Part shown: positions 1 through 11,627 of the stretch, one piece after another
Layout of the letters: each line of letters begins with the position of its first letter
Numbering within the stretch: the stretch's first letter is position 1
DNA from: Leidyana gryllorum EB-2025a
Taxonomy: Eukaryota; Protista; Apicomplexa
Length of the DNA stretch: 64,000 nt
Assembly (NCBI GenBank): GCA_048772705.1
Contig: JBLWGC010000230.1
Location: forward strand, 372,001 to 436,000
Direction: 5' to 3'
Translations under genes and position numbers: made by a program
Notes under the pieces: generated by a model
What the model saw: only the letters and a program-made list of their open reading frames with translations
Told to the model about the DNA's origin: nothing
Databases searched by the model: none

Positions 1-465
1 ACGGCCACACCCATTAATTCACCAGACCCTCTTAGGAGTAATGAGCCACAAATTGCTGCCGGATCCTACACCAAACCTCAACCATCGTTTAATGAGGTCA
101 AGCCAACCGGATTGGTGGACACAGTAAAGGAGAAGTGCACGCCCCCAATTGCGGAACAGTATTGTGTGCTTTTCGAGCACTTTGTACACACGATCGCACA
201 CGTCCTGATGGGGATGATTAACGAGAGTGTGGTTGCCAGGAGCTTGTTATCGGTGACTCTGCCAATCATGCAACACATTCTGGTCCTCACTAAGAGCAAT
301 CCATGGTCACGGATTGTGGATGCAATGATGAGTCCCGAGTGGTCGATGCCTGGGGCAAGCTTCTTCGCGTCGGAGTTACCGCAGTTGTCAGCGGAGTTGG
401 ATCTGTGTGACAGCGATCTGACGGACGAGCCAGAATTTGAGGACACAGGAATGTATGATGTTTAG
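1..465 (+). CDS. 3' end of a hypothetical protein, truncated by the window start
   Basis: Frame is open from base 1 to the TAG at 463-465; acidic C-terminus; no recognised motif. Confidence 0.55.
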   Translation, partial: TATPINSPDPLRSNEPQIAAGSYTKPQPSFNEVKPTGLVDTVKEKCTPPIAEQYCVLFEHFVHTIAHVLMGMINESVVARSLLSVTLPIMQHILVLTKSNPWSRIVDAMMSPEWSMPGASFFASELPQLSAELDLCDSDLTDEPEFEDTGMYDV

Positions 466-511
466 CACGCATGCTGGCTGTCACACCCCACTCATATTTG
501 TATCATTCAAC

Positions 512-971
512 ATGTCGGACGACCTGGACATTACTTCTATTGCTGAGGTGGAGGATACCTACTGTTGTGGTATGATAACCCGGAAGAAGAGCAAAGCGCA
601 CACTCGGGAGGAATATCTGAACACTTTGTTCGTCAGAGACTCCGAAAGGCTATGGCCAGTTCCTCGAGTTTTTCTGCCGATATGGAAGGAGGCTGGAGAG
701 CTTCATGCGGTAAGTGAGGGTGAATAGGTCTAGGGTTTCATGTGTGGATGCACGACAGGTAATTCGAGTGAACGAGGATCAGATTCCGGACACTCCTTAT
801 GCTGACGGGGAGCAACCTGCAGGAGAAGTGATAGAGCCATTCTGTGTGCACAGAGGCAGCTTCCATCCCGTTGAAGAGAACTTCTACGAGCACCGTCAGC
901 AAATGGCCAGATACGATGCTCAGCAGCGCCGTCGGACGGCCCGAGCTTTGAGACATGCTATCAGACAATGA
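512..971 (+). CDS. Small hypothetical protein, 2 exons (512-709, 759-971)
   Basis: ATG at 512; a 49-nt GTAAGT..CAG intron (710-758) joins the two ORFs in frame; N-terminal YCCG. Confidence 0.65.
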
Positions 972-1007
972 CTCTGTTTAGTAGTTAGATATAACAAACC
1001 GATATCA

Positions 1008-3013
1008 ATGTTTGGCCCATCTCGCTTCTTTTCAGAAGGGAACGTGGGTGCCGGCTTGCTTCCCATAGTTTCTCAGGGTAGCTTGAGCAACTCTAATAAC
1101 CCTACCCCTCATCAAAGCTCAGTAAAATGTTCGTTGCTCCAATACGCTCGCGAGACACTCAAGGACGGCTTAGGGAACTACGCTTCGAACCACAAGATTC
1201 TGTATGTTGACAAGGAGACTCAGGGGATCCTAAGCTTGGCACTGAGCTTTTCTGAGCTCCTTGCCTACAACTTTCTCGATGTCGACAACATTGATACAAT
1301 GCCGGACGCTGGCAACGAGAGTCACACTACCGACTCTCTGCAGGCGGTGGTATTTGTGCGCCCAACTGATGCAAATATCAGTCGGTTGTGTGCAGTTCTG
1401 CACCGGCCTTACTTCCATGAACACCATTTAATATTCTGTAATGCTCTGTCAGAAGAGGATTTGGGTCGTCTGGCGCGAGCCGATGCCGAGAAGAAGACCG
1501 TTACGCGGGTTATGGAGCTGTATTTGGATTACTATATAATCCGTCCGCGTCTCTTCAGTCTGGAGGTTCCATCATGTGTGCGGCTGATGGCCGGAGACCG
1601 CACCTGTTGGCAGCCATTTGAAGACTGCATATTCCATCGCATCCTCGAAGGACTGTCGTCAGTGGTGCTGACGGCAGCCAAAGCTGCTGCACAGACTTCC
1701 TCAGCGGGTTCTCGCCAACTGATCCCCTCCATCAGAGTTTCTTCGAGTTCACAAATCGCCACTGTTCTCGGCATGCAGTTACTAAGCAAACTCAAAGGCT
1801 CGTGGCTCGAATTATTGAGAGATATGAAGAATGACCGTCCCGCCAGCCTCGAAAAGGGCAATACGGCGGTCGTTCTAATCCTCGACCGACGCGATGATAT
1901 GCTCACTCCTTTTGTCACTCCTTGGACCTATCAGGTGAGTTTACAGTAATTGTCCCAACTCGAGCTGATGTCTTCTCCCCTCCACAGGCAATGATCCAAG
2001 AGCACTTGGGGACCGATATGGGTAAAGTGAAGAGTCGGGACGATGCTGAGCCAGTCTCGCTGCTCGACGATTCCTTTCTCGAACAGTACGGCGATACCAT
2101 GTTCGGAGATGTACTGACTGCCGTCCAACAAGCGGCTCAGGAGCAACAACAGGGCGTCGGGGCCGGGAGTGGGAGTATGGAGATCGGGCGTCTGAAGGAG
2201 ATGTTGGATTCGTATCCTGAGCAGAAGAGGGCGACGGCTTTGGTAGCCAAACACGTTGATCTCGTGCATAGTTTGGCCCGCATTGTGGATCAGAAGCATT
2301 CGTACGATGTATCGGCTCTGGAGGCTCAATTAGTGGGTCAGCAACGAGTGAGTCCTGAGACAGTGATTCAGAAACCGCTTTCTTTCTCTCTCTCTCTCTG
2401 ACAGATTGGAACTGTCAGTCCGGCTGACATTCGGAGTGCGATGTGGGAGATCTTACAGCGTCGAGAGGTTCCAGTGTATGACAAGTATCGTTTGATTCTT
2501 CTTCACCGACTTCGTTTCGGAGCGGAGGGCGACCTGTTGGAGTGTTTGCGGGCGCACGGCGTGGACGAGGATAAAGTGCGTTTGATCACACTGATGGATG
2601 AGTTTGTTCGGAAGGTGAAGCCCGCTCGTGATTTGTTGAACCAACGGCGACTGTTGACATTGGCTCGCGACGTGATAACGCGGACGATGACGGGACGGAA
2701 TAACGAGATTTATGAGCATCGGTCACTGATAGGAGCTCTGTTGGAGCCGTTGAGCAAAGGTAGATTGGATGGCACAGTGTTTGGCGAAGTGACCGAGCTT
2801 GGAGTTCGTAATGGGGAAGAGAGTGGCGAGCGAGTGCAATGGGTGGTGATATTCGTATTAGGAGGTGTTACGATGAGCGAAGCGACTGAGGTTGAAGAGT
2901 TTCGGAAACACAATAGCAACGTGACTCTATACTTGGGGGGGACCGCTGTACAAAACTCGCGAGCCTTGCTGGCAGACACAGCTCAGCTGAGCAGCAGCAC
3001 CGAATTTGTTTAG
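1008..3013 (+). CDS. VPS45: Sec1/Munc18-family protein, Vps45-like
   Basis: KILYVDKET, VVFVRPT, LILDRRDDMLTPFVTPWTYQ|AMIQEHLG, KHVDLV, IFVLGGVTMSE, LGGT. Introns 1935-1987 and 2348-2404 restore the frame. Confidence 0.88.
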
Positions 3014-3035
3014 TCTAGTCTTTGATGCGGTAGTG

Positions 3036-4635
3036 ATGACTGAGGGACCTGATGCTGGTGGCGAGCCGACAGCGATAGCGGCCTTGCCAATGACTGGGAC
3101 CCGGGAGCGCGGGGTTGCCCTCACGTGTTCCACCAGGCGGCCCCACAAAGACGGACGGAAAGATGGCCTGAGATTCTCTCACTTGACTAGCGAGATCGCG
3201 AACAAAACGGCAATGTTGCGAGCACACCAAGCATTTGCTCACTTCCCGATGAGTCCATCTCGTCAGGTTCCTCCTCACGGTAATGCGCGTGCCCGGCCTG
3301 AGCCCTTCAGCGCCCGAATAAACCGATGTCCTCGATTGATTGAGGATTTTCTGAGGTCCTCTCGGGAGGCTATGCCAGCTCCCGACCCTCCTCTGTCCGC
3401 TCCGCCAACTATAGGCAACATTGAGAGTTCGGGTACGACTGACCATTTTCGACGACCCCCCCCCATCTCCAACCGGAACAGGCAGCGAAGCTCAGGTCGA
3501 AGGTACCGGTGTGCCAGCGCCGGGGAGTGACGAAGCACAAGTAAGACCGATTCTGGGAGCGAATGCGAACGCGAACTGTTGTTCCTGATAGCCATCCGAA
3601 CCTGCTCCAAAGAAAAGCAGGTGGCAGATTCCACAAGGTGCTCACACCAAGTTCGACCGCGATGTCGTTCTCTACTACCTCAAGGCCCCTAGTGAGTACA
3701 CACAACGATTGCCTCTCTTTGCTGGATCAATCATTCACTCGGACTTTCCCCAGCGGCCTTTACTTTGTTACTGGTCGTCTCAGCCAGAAACGTGCTGGGA
3801 CCCGGAGGATCGAGTGATACTGTGGAAATCGCACCGGCCGGGCCAATCCTCCGATCATCTCCACCGTCAATACCACGACTGGACCGACAACTTAATTACG
3901 AATCAGAACCGCCAGATGTCAATGTTTCCGCTTGGCCTATCTCAGTACAAAAGGCGTTGCGCGTAAGCATAGAACTGATACGTGCAGAACAGATCCGAGC
4001 CAATACGTATGACAGAATTATACAGCCTCGGACGCGGGACCTTGTTTGTTGACATACTTACCTCCCATCGTGGTGTGTGCTACGTTTGGTATTCCTGGGT
4101 CGAGACATCCCCAGGCCCCGCCCTTCGAATACGTCATTGGACGCAGCCATCAGCAGTGAGCTCCCCCAATCTTTGATACGTCGGCTGAACAATCTGTACA
4201 TTTCTCCACCTCCCACTTCCCCCCGTTACCCAGCAACTTCCTTTCCTGCAGGCTGGATAAAGTGCCAGCAGATGCGCGGCGATGGTTCAGTCGGCGACAT
4301 TGTGTGATTCAGGCACATCCTGGGAGGCAGGGCGATGTGTACTTCATGTTACGGGACCTGCAGTCTGCTAATGGAACTTTCCTGAACGGGCGGTGAGAGA
4401 GTTGACTTGCGACAGGTCTGTCTGCATGAGTGTGTGTATGACCTGTAGGCCAGTGGCGCAGGGTGCCAGCATCCCTCTGCACGATGGCGACCTCATCGGA
4501 GTCTCCATGACGGACAGTGGCGGTTTTATGGTTGGGTTTCGATTTATGGTTCACGCTTTTGCGGAACGCGTCTGGTTGGGAGACGCAGGCACAGCTACAG
4601 CGTGGCAGCATCAATCAGAGAATAAGGTGCGCTAG
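3036..4635 (+). CDS. FHA-domain protein, multi-exon
   Basis: Spliced reading gives YVIGRS...FSRRHCVI...LRDLQSANGTFLNGR...LHDGDLI. The frame appears to shift near the C9 run at ~3456-3464, so the 5' model is uncertain. Confidence 0.75.
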
Positions 4636-4648
4636 AGCAAAAACATAA

Positions 4649-6025
4649 ATGGTAGCTGCTTGCCCAAGCACGTGCCGTGCTAAGGGCTGTGTTGAGAAAA
4701 AGGCGGAAACCACCCTACGACTACTCGATGACCTGGAAGCGCGCGTGTACGACCTCCAGTTGCCCAGCACGCCGCCGCCTCCTCCCCGATGTATGGCGGC
4801 ACCCCCACCGGGAGGCGAGGCTGCTGCGGCTGCCTTACTCACAAACAACAACCACCACCCCCCCAACCCTGAGTCTCTTGTTGTCCCCTCTATATCTCCT
4901 TCAGCAACAGCGCCTCCTATCGCGCCAATCAGTCCGATCAAACTACGAACACCAATGGTCATATTGGCGATCCTGATCTGCGGCTTCCTCTTCACTTCGG
5001 TGCGGTACATTGTATGGCGACTGGGACAAAATCGCAAGCAGCGGAGGTTTGAGAAGTTTCTACAGACCTCCGACCTGCAAGAGCTACTGCCCAAATCCAA
5101 AGGCGCCCGGGCCTCGCGAGAGCGACCCAAACGAAAAGGGGGTGGAGGTCTCAATGTTGAGATTCAAGAACGACGCCAGTCCCCTACTTTGATTGATCGA
5201 GTTCATTTTCTAATGCTCACAGTTATCTTGACGGTGCTGTCTTATATTGGTGCGCTTCGCTCACGGCTCAAAGCGCGACTGAGACAATTCTCTGCTGTAT
5301 GGCGACAATCCTTTCCCGGATCTATACCGTCCTCGTCTTCTATTGCAGCGGACAACAAGGCGCGGTTTGCCGCCGAATTGTCTCGCTCATCCACCATCGA
5401 CACCGTAGCGCGGCCAACAGCCTTGGCGGCGGCTCGAGTGACCGCCCTACACTTGCCTCCCATACCGCCAGTGGCGCCAGCCAACACCCGACCGCATCGG
5501 GTGGCTTCTTCTGTCGTGGGTGTGCGTATTTCTGACCACGCAACTGCCACGCCGGAAGAAAGGGGCAGTGAGCGTACTGCGATTGGTGTGCAGACGACGA
5601 CGACTGATACGACAACACACACGTGTGTGGGATTACAGATTCAACCAAAGCTGTGTGTCGCGCAAGTGCAGACCGCGGCTGAAGACTATTGTTCTTCTAC
5701 AGCTGAGACTCAAACTGACGGCGTTGGCTCTCGCGGCGTCGGCACACAGACTCAGCCTGTGCTGCACAGCGTGGCAGTACAGACATCAAAACTGACTCCA
5801 GCATTTAAAAGGGTTGTGGCTGTGTCGGTCAATAACAGCGCTCCAGCCATGGGAGAGGTCGGAATCCAGACGGCGATTGTTACACCGGAGGAAGCATTGC
5901 TTCATGCTGATCCAGTGCCACTGCTCTTGCACCCGACCATTGAGGAAGATTGGCCACCTGATTCGGCACGGATGGAAGAATTGGGTCCTCCGCCTGGTTT
6001 TGAGCACATTATGGACGCTGGTTAG
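4649..6025 (+). CDS. Membrane protein with two hydrophobic helices, a low-complexity tail of repeated xQT motifs and a terminal PPPGF
   Basis: 458-aa ORF; hydrophobic segments PMVILAILICGFLFTSVRYIVW and VHFLMLTVILTVLSYIGAL. Confidence 0.75.
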   Translation: MVAACPSTCRAKGCVEKKAETTLRLLDDLEARVYDLQLPSTPPPPPRCMAAPPPGGEAAAAALLTNNNHHPPNPESLVVPSISPSATAPPIAPISPIKLRTPMVILAILICGFLFTSVRYIVWRLGQNRKQRRFEKFLQTSDLQELLPKSKGARASRERPKRKGGGGLNVEIQERRQSPTLIDRVHFLMLTVILTVLSYIGALRSRLKARLRQFSAVWRQSFPGSIPSSSSIAADNKARFAAELSRSSTIDTVARPTALAAARVTALHLPPIPPVAPANTRPHRVASSVVGVRISDHATATPEERGSERTAIGVQTTTTDTTTHTCVGLQIQPKLCVAQVQTAAEDYCSSTAETQTDGVGSRGVGTQTQPVLHSVAVQTSKLTPAFKRVVAVSVNNSAPAMGEVGIQTAIVTPEEALLHADPVPLLLHPTIEEDWPPDSARMEELGPPPGFEHIMDAG

Positions 6026-6084
6026 CAACCGTCACTACACATAAATCCACAGATCTCTATCGATATATAAATATACAATACAAA

Positions 6085-7827
6085 CTAACTAGAGAGGTTT
6101 GATAGCAATGCAATCAAACCGTCGGCGGACTGCATCATTTGTCCTTGAGGAACACAGGCTTTTAAGGTCTGTATGTGGGTCATGCACGCCCGCTTGTACA
6201 ATTCTTCGTACTCTGTGTCGCAAACTCTCTTCAGCAGGCGCAGCCATTCCTCACAAGAGCAGCTGCGCCACCACGAATTTTGTAGTTCAAGGGGCCAGTC
6301 CAACGGACCCTTAGCATTAGCATTTTTCGCCAACGCCTCCCGCTCAGCGATGCTCAATGTTGATCGCCGCTCTTCTTCCATCAAAGCAACCTCTCCGACA
6401 CCCAACGCGTCACTCAAAAGCATGGCATTCACCGCTTGCTCGGACCCAAGCGGGACACAGATCATTGGTACACCTCCGTATGCGAAAGATTCCACACAAC
6501 TGTTCCATCCACCATGTGTGATAAACACACGGATAGCTGGATGGCCTAACACAGCTCTCTGGTCCACCCAAGACGCCACCCGGGCTCGGTTGTGCACCCG
6601 CCGCTTGAATTCGTCAGTGACTACCCCCTTCGACTCCAGACGATAGGCCCACAAGAACCGCCGACCCGAAATCTCCAAAGCTCCGGCCATAGCCTTCAAG
6701 GCTTCGGGGCTGATATCGTAGAGGGTTCCAAGGGCAATGTAGATCACTGATTTCGGCGGCTGTTCGTCCAGCCAGGCCATCAGAGCGTCCTGTTCGCGCG
6801 CTGGTTGTGGTGGCTGCATCATACACAACGGAGCAATGGGGAAGAATTTGATGGGGGGCAGAACCACACCGTCCCGCTCTTCCACCCTCTTCTGCAGATC
6901 TCTGTTTACGGCTTCAGTCAGGTTGCGCCCGTATGGCAAGACGGTGGGTAGATCATTCGACACGGTGGCAATTGAACGTGCAACGATACCCATCAGATCG
7001 CTGCCCGCCAATACCGGATCGTACTCTCCAGAGTTCAACATGGCCCACATCATTTTAATGCGTGCCTCACGGTAGAACCCGGGGATGGGAGCGGTGCCTT
7101 TATCGTCCCACATAGCGCGCTTATATTCTTCTTTCCACAACAAGGAGAATACCATAGCGTGACTCGGATTGAATAAAACACGAGGAATACTCAGCACCTC
7201 ATCAGCGTACTGTTGAGCGTATACTGCAAACATGTCATGGATAAGCGCGCAAGGCCTCGGCCATCCCAATTCTTCGTTGGTGTGACGAAGAGCCTCAATA
7301 AGGTGTCCTTGTAACTCCTCCCGCCGAGTGAGCATGGCGGCCATGTTCACAGGATGCACGTCTGGGCCTTCCAGGACGATTCTTACGAAATGCAGATAAG
7401 GATGAGCCTTAGGTGGCGGGCTACCCTTAGCTTCGGTCGCCCTCACAGGAGAGATGAAAGTTATGCGTAGGTTACACAGGTAAGCAGCCGAGCGAGAGAG
7501 CAGCAACTGTACAAGATTCACGACTGGAGTGTAATGCCCAACACCCAGAGCATTTGCCACCAGGATGTGGATTCCGCGAGATTCCGCAGTTGCTGTAGGA
7601 GGAGCGGACAGCTCCTCGAACGATGACGCAACGTCGTATCCTTTACCCTGTGGCTTGCCAGTCGGGACTGGATGACTCGCCTTCTTTGGTGAGGTCACTA
7701 TTGTCATTGATGAGGTCGAGGTCGAGGCGGACGCAGAGCTCGCAGCCACAGATCGTTGATTCATCTTGGGCGTGTGAGCCGGTCCAAAGCATGAGGGGCA
7801 GTGTTCACAACCATTGTTGGAAGTCAT
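6085..7827 (-). CDS. UDP-glycosyltransferase (GT1/UGT)
   Basis: GVGHYTP (catalytic His region), LIHDMF, WLDEQPPKSVIYIALGT, PSPG box WVDQRAVLGHPAIRVFITHGGWNSCVES...VPMICVPLGSEQ. Confidence 0.9.
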   Translation of the reverse strand: MTSNNGCEHCPSCFGPAHTPKMNQRSVAASSASASTSTSSMTIVTSPKKASHPVPTGKPQGKGYDVASSFEELSAPPTATAESRGIHILVANALGVGHYTPVVNLVQLLLSRSAAYLCNLRITFISPVRATEAKGSPPPKAHPYLHFVRIVLEGPDVHPVNMAAMLTRREELQGHLIEALRHTNEELGWPRPCALIHDMFAVYAQQYADEVLSIPRVLFNPSHAMVFSLLWKEEYKRAMWDDKGTAPIPGFYREARIKMMWAMLNSGEYDPVLAGSDLMGIVARSIATVSNDLPTVLPYGRNLTEAVNRDLQKRVEERDGVVLPPIKFFPIAPLCMMQPPQPAREQDALMAWLDEQPPKSVIYIALGTLYDISPEALKAMAGALEISGRRFLWAYRLESKGVVTDEFKRRVHNRARVASWVDQRAVLGHPAIRVFITHGGWNSCVESFAYGGVPMICVPLGSEQAVNAMLLSDALGVGEVALMEEERRSTLSIAEREALAKNANAKGPLDWPLELQNSWWRSCSCEEWLRLLKRVCDTEYEELYKRACMTHIQTLKACVPQGQMMQSADGLIALLSNLSS

Positions 7828-7943
7828 TGTAGGGGAAGCTATGTACTACTACTGAGTCAATGGAAGTCAATTAGATGTTGCGCTGCAATTAGTCGATTCT
7901 AGCTTCTGTGTAGGGAGACTGTGTCTCCACACACGTGTGCGAC

Positions 7944-8541
7944 ATGGACGAACAAACCCCACTGACCATCGAGAAGGACTACCCCGAAACCTACGTCGAA
8001 GCTCGAGAGTGCTTTCAATTATTCGATGAGGACCACGATGGCTTTGTCACGGCCAAACAGCTAGGCCACATGTTAAGAAGTATGGGACAGTTCTACACTT
8101 GGTCCGAGATAGAGGATTTGGAGAAAGGTAGGCAGAAAGCAATCACTCAATGGTCTGTGTTTCCAGAGTTTGAGGACCGGCCTCGCATAGATTTCAGTAC
8201 CTTCCTACATGTTTTGGAGCGTCGCTTCGCTGAAGTCCCTGATGGTTTTGTGCTGAAAGAGTGCTTCAAAGTTCTGGACAAGGATCGACGGCAGAGAGTC
8301 AACGTTGAATTCCTGAAGCACGTAGTCACAAGCATTGGCGACAAACTGAGTCTAGACGATTGGAAGGCCTCTTTGAGAATATGCGGGATCGATCCCAAGG
8401 CGGTGGAGCTCACTGAGGAGGAATTTGTTCAACTGTAGGTCCCATATCACTTTTATGCCCGAACGATTGCTTTACAGCTGCTTGGGGGCGCACAGGATCG
8501 TCAAATCGCCAAAAGTGCTGCGCCGTCTAGGGCAGCATTGA
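7944..8541 (+). CDS. Calmodulin-like / myosin-light-chain-like EF-hand protein
   Basis: ECFQLFDEDHDGFVT, LRSMG, ECFKVLDKD. Introns 8128-8166 (in frame) and 8435-8477. Confidence 0.85.
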
Positions 8542-8548
8542 AGATCCA

Positions 8549-9787
8549 TTAGTTGTTTAGACGGAAGAGGGTGCATGACCGGTCGTAGACCCTGGAAGTG
8601 GATACATCGTTGGCCAGTAAAATTGCTTACTTACTTCCGGGAGAAGTCCTTGAAGGTTTCAAAATCGTCGCAGTCGGGATTTCTGATGCGCCACACAACC
8701 TCAGCCACCTCGCATACCAAAGCGGGCTCATTCCGGCCATGGACCAGATTCACTTTCGTCTCGTCGAAATTCTCCGGTTTGTACTTGTCGGGTTTGATGG
8801 TTTTATTCTTCTTGGCAAAGTGGGACCATTTGAGCATTGGATAAGACGTATGGCTCGGTTTGATCTGGCACCAGGGGGCGTCTGTGGAACATTCATTATA
8901 TGGCACATCGTGTCGAAGGTCACACTCACCAGTCTCAAAGTGGATCCGATCTTCTGGTACACTACGAATTGCGGCGAAAGAATTGTCTGTCTTCATTGAA
9001 CAACCATTGATGCCAATATCCAGTCCCATTTTGATGGCTTCGTCAGCGTCCTCAACGCTTCCGTCGAAAGAATGTACGACTCCCCCAGCTTTCAGTACAT
9101 CGGGGTTGCGTTCAAGCGTAGCTGCGGCAGACTATAGGGACTGTCTCACTTGGCTTACGGTAAAAGAGATCGCTGGCCTCTCTGTTATGTAGAAAGAGAG
9201 GCAACCCGAGATGTGCAGCGAGTTTGACTTGCGGCTCGAAGAATCGCTCTTGGACGTCGAAAGGGCAGAAGCTCGTCCGAGCTCTATCAAGCCCAAACTC
9301 TCCATAGGCTTTGACGATGTCAAGGTTCGACTGAATCACCGAACGGACATCATCGAGCAAGGCATCAGGTGAAGTTGCGTTGAGAAAGTCCTGGGATGGG
9401 GTAGAGGTCACAGGTTGCCTTGGTGGTTACCTGCGAATTTGTTGGATGAATTCCCACCGTACAGAACAGTGAGTTTGGGAATTTCTCAGCGTAACCCCTG
9501 ATGAGTTCGATCGTCTGTCTGGACTCTCTGAGGGAGACTCCGGTGCAAAGAATCTTGGTGACCCCACTGTCGATAGAAGTCTGAATAACTCTTTCTAAGT
9601 CTGGGTCGTGTTTGCGCTTTCCATTATATCGTCCCTGCGGGGAGCCAATTACGGAATTGGTCACTCAATTTGGCTATTGAACCTACCAGGTACTGCGAAT
9701 ACAGGTTCGTGTATGGGTATATATGTGTCAAGTAGTTACCATTTTGTCAGTAAGGTTGAAAGCGATGTCCGCATAGTGCATATCCAT
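8549..9787 (-). CDS. TatD-family DNase (TATDN1-like), multi-exon
   Basis: ADIAFNLTDKM, CTVGIHPT, YGEFGLD, LPLFLH, HSFDG, IGINGCS, ETDAPWC, RNEP. Confidence 0.9.
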
Positions 9788-9805
9788 GGTCCCGTAAAAT
9801 TAATT

Positions 9806-10684
9806 TCAGCGTTCTCGAGTGGGCGTGATCGGGGTGGAACCATATGAGGGGTGGGCAGAGGGAGGAGAGAATGTTGGTGCTCGGGACAGAATCTGAGGTC
9901 TACTATTGGCTGCTCCCCCACAGCTTCTTTTCTGCTGTAAGAGCCACGATTGCGGGATAGCAGGCTGAGTTCGCAATACAGAATTGCGACCTGTTTCGCC
10001 AAGGAAGATCCGGCTACCCTCAGCAGACTTTAACCTCCGCGGTAGGGCTACAGTCGCGTCACTGCTGGGGTTTCCATCTAACTTGATGTCTTGAACATCT
10101 TCCAGAGAAGTCACTAAGCTGGCAAAGATATGAACTTCGCAGAGCAACCACAGGGCGTGACCGTCGACCAAACATCTGTCAATGACATCTTGATTATCTA
10201 TGAGATCATAGAACCCAAAATTCCGTATGGCTTCACCTAAGAGTCACATCACCATGTCAGGCCCGCTTCTCAAAAAGTCCACTTACTCTTCTCAAACTTG
10301 TGCATCTCAATTCCACCCGCTGTCTCTTCAACCGGCTGCCCGTTCTCGTCGAGCGCAGCGAAGTTGAAGCTGAAAAATACATCTCCCTTGATCGCGCGAT
10401 CCGTATGTAGGAACAAAGACACCTTCCCCCTGTGCTCCACTCGATCTTCAAACGGGTACAGTCTCAACCACCATTGGCCCCCAGACACATCAACATAAAT
10501 GGGCGACGTGATAACATCACCCTCCGGGGGAATCCCTACAAGGCCACACAATGTTCAGCACTTGCAGATCACAATCTACTGTACCTTTGTCCTTGGCCAT
10601 CGCTCGCATTCGGTGGAAGTTGTTAACTTTCCAATTGAATATAACAGTGTCGTACTCCACGTCCGTTTGACAAGCTATTTCCAT
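9806..10684 (-). CDS. MATH/TRAF-domain protein, multi-exon
   Basis: FNWKVNNF, SP..V.GGQWWLRLYP, VSLFLH, NFGF; ATG at 10684. Confidence 0.8.
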
Positions 10685-10876
10685 TGCCGACCGGCATTGA
10701 CCGGCCGATTGAAGTTGATGGTGAGCCAATTTACGAGCTCGGACGGGCACAATCAATGAAGGCGTAGAGTGATCTTGGGTTGAGGGGTCGGATGATAAGA
10801 CATCGTCAGGCGTGTCCACTCCTTTGTCGGGGCTTGTCCCCACTTCACCACCTAGCATGAAAAAAATTATCCCATC

Positions 10877-11371
10877 ATGCCCAAGGTGCGTACTATGGAC
10901 AAGAAGCGCCGGCCACCAGCTGGGTGGGAGGTCATAGAACCCACCCTCGAGGAGCTGCAGGCCAAAATGAAGGAAGCCGAACGCGAACCCCACGAGGGCA
11001 AGAGAAAATGCGAATCAATATGGCCTATATTCAGAATTCACCATCAACGTTCGCGATATGTCTATGAGATGTACTATAAGAAAAAAGCCATCAGCCGTGA
11101 ACTCTACGAGTGGTGCTTGCGCGAAGGTTGGGCCGACGCCGCACTTATAGCGAAATGGAAGAAGAATGGATACGAATCGCTTTGCTGTTTGAGGTGAGTT
11201 CTGGCAGTGCACACGCGTGTGTTCCCCAGAGACATCATTTATAGGTGCATACAAACGGCTAATACTGCCTTCGGAACCACCTGCATTTGCCGCGTACCCA
11301 AGAAAGATTTGGAAGACGATAAATTGATAGAGTGTGCCCATTGCGGATGTCGCGGATGCGCCTCTTCATGA
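10877..11371 (+). CDS. BUD31: Bud31/G10 spliceosomal protein
   Basis: [47 protein letters not shown]; intron 11194-11244. Confidence 0.96.
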
Positions 11372-11627
11372 AGCATTTGGTTCACCCCCGTGGAAAAAGA
11401 ATACCAATCGTCCACCGGTATCGCCCTTGCACTAGCAGTCCCTACAACCAGTGGGTGCGGGACCTAGAGCCGGTCTATGTTGGCAGGCCAATGACAGGAA
11501 GGATAGACTTCCGAACGGAAACACTCCGAATTGGGGACTCGATCGATCAGCTGGCCGTCTCACGATGGCTGTTGGAACAACAATTCGCTACCAACAATGT
11601 CGAGAATCGACTTGAGGTATCCAATAG

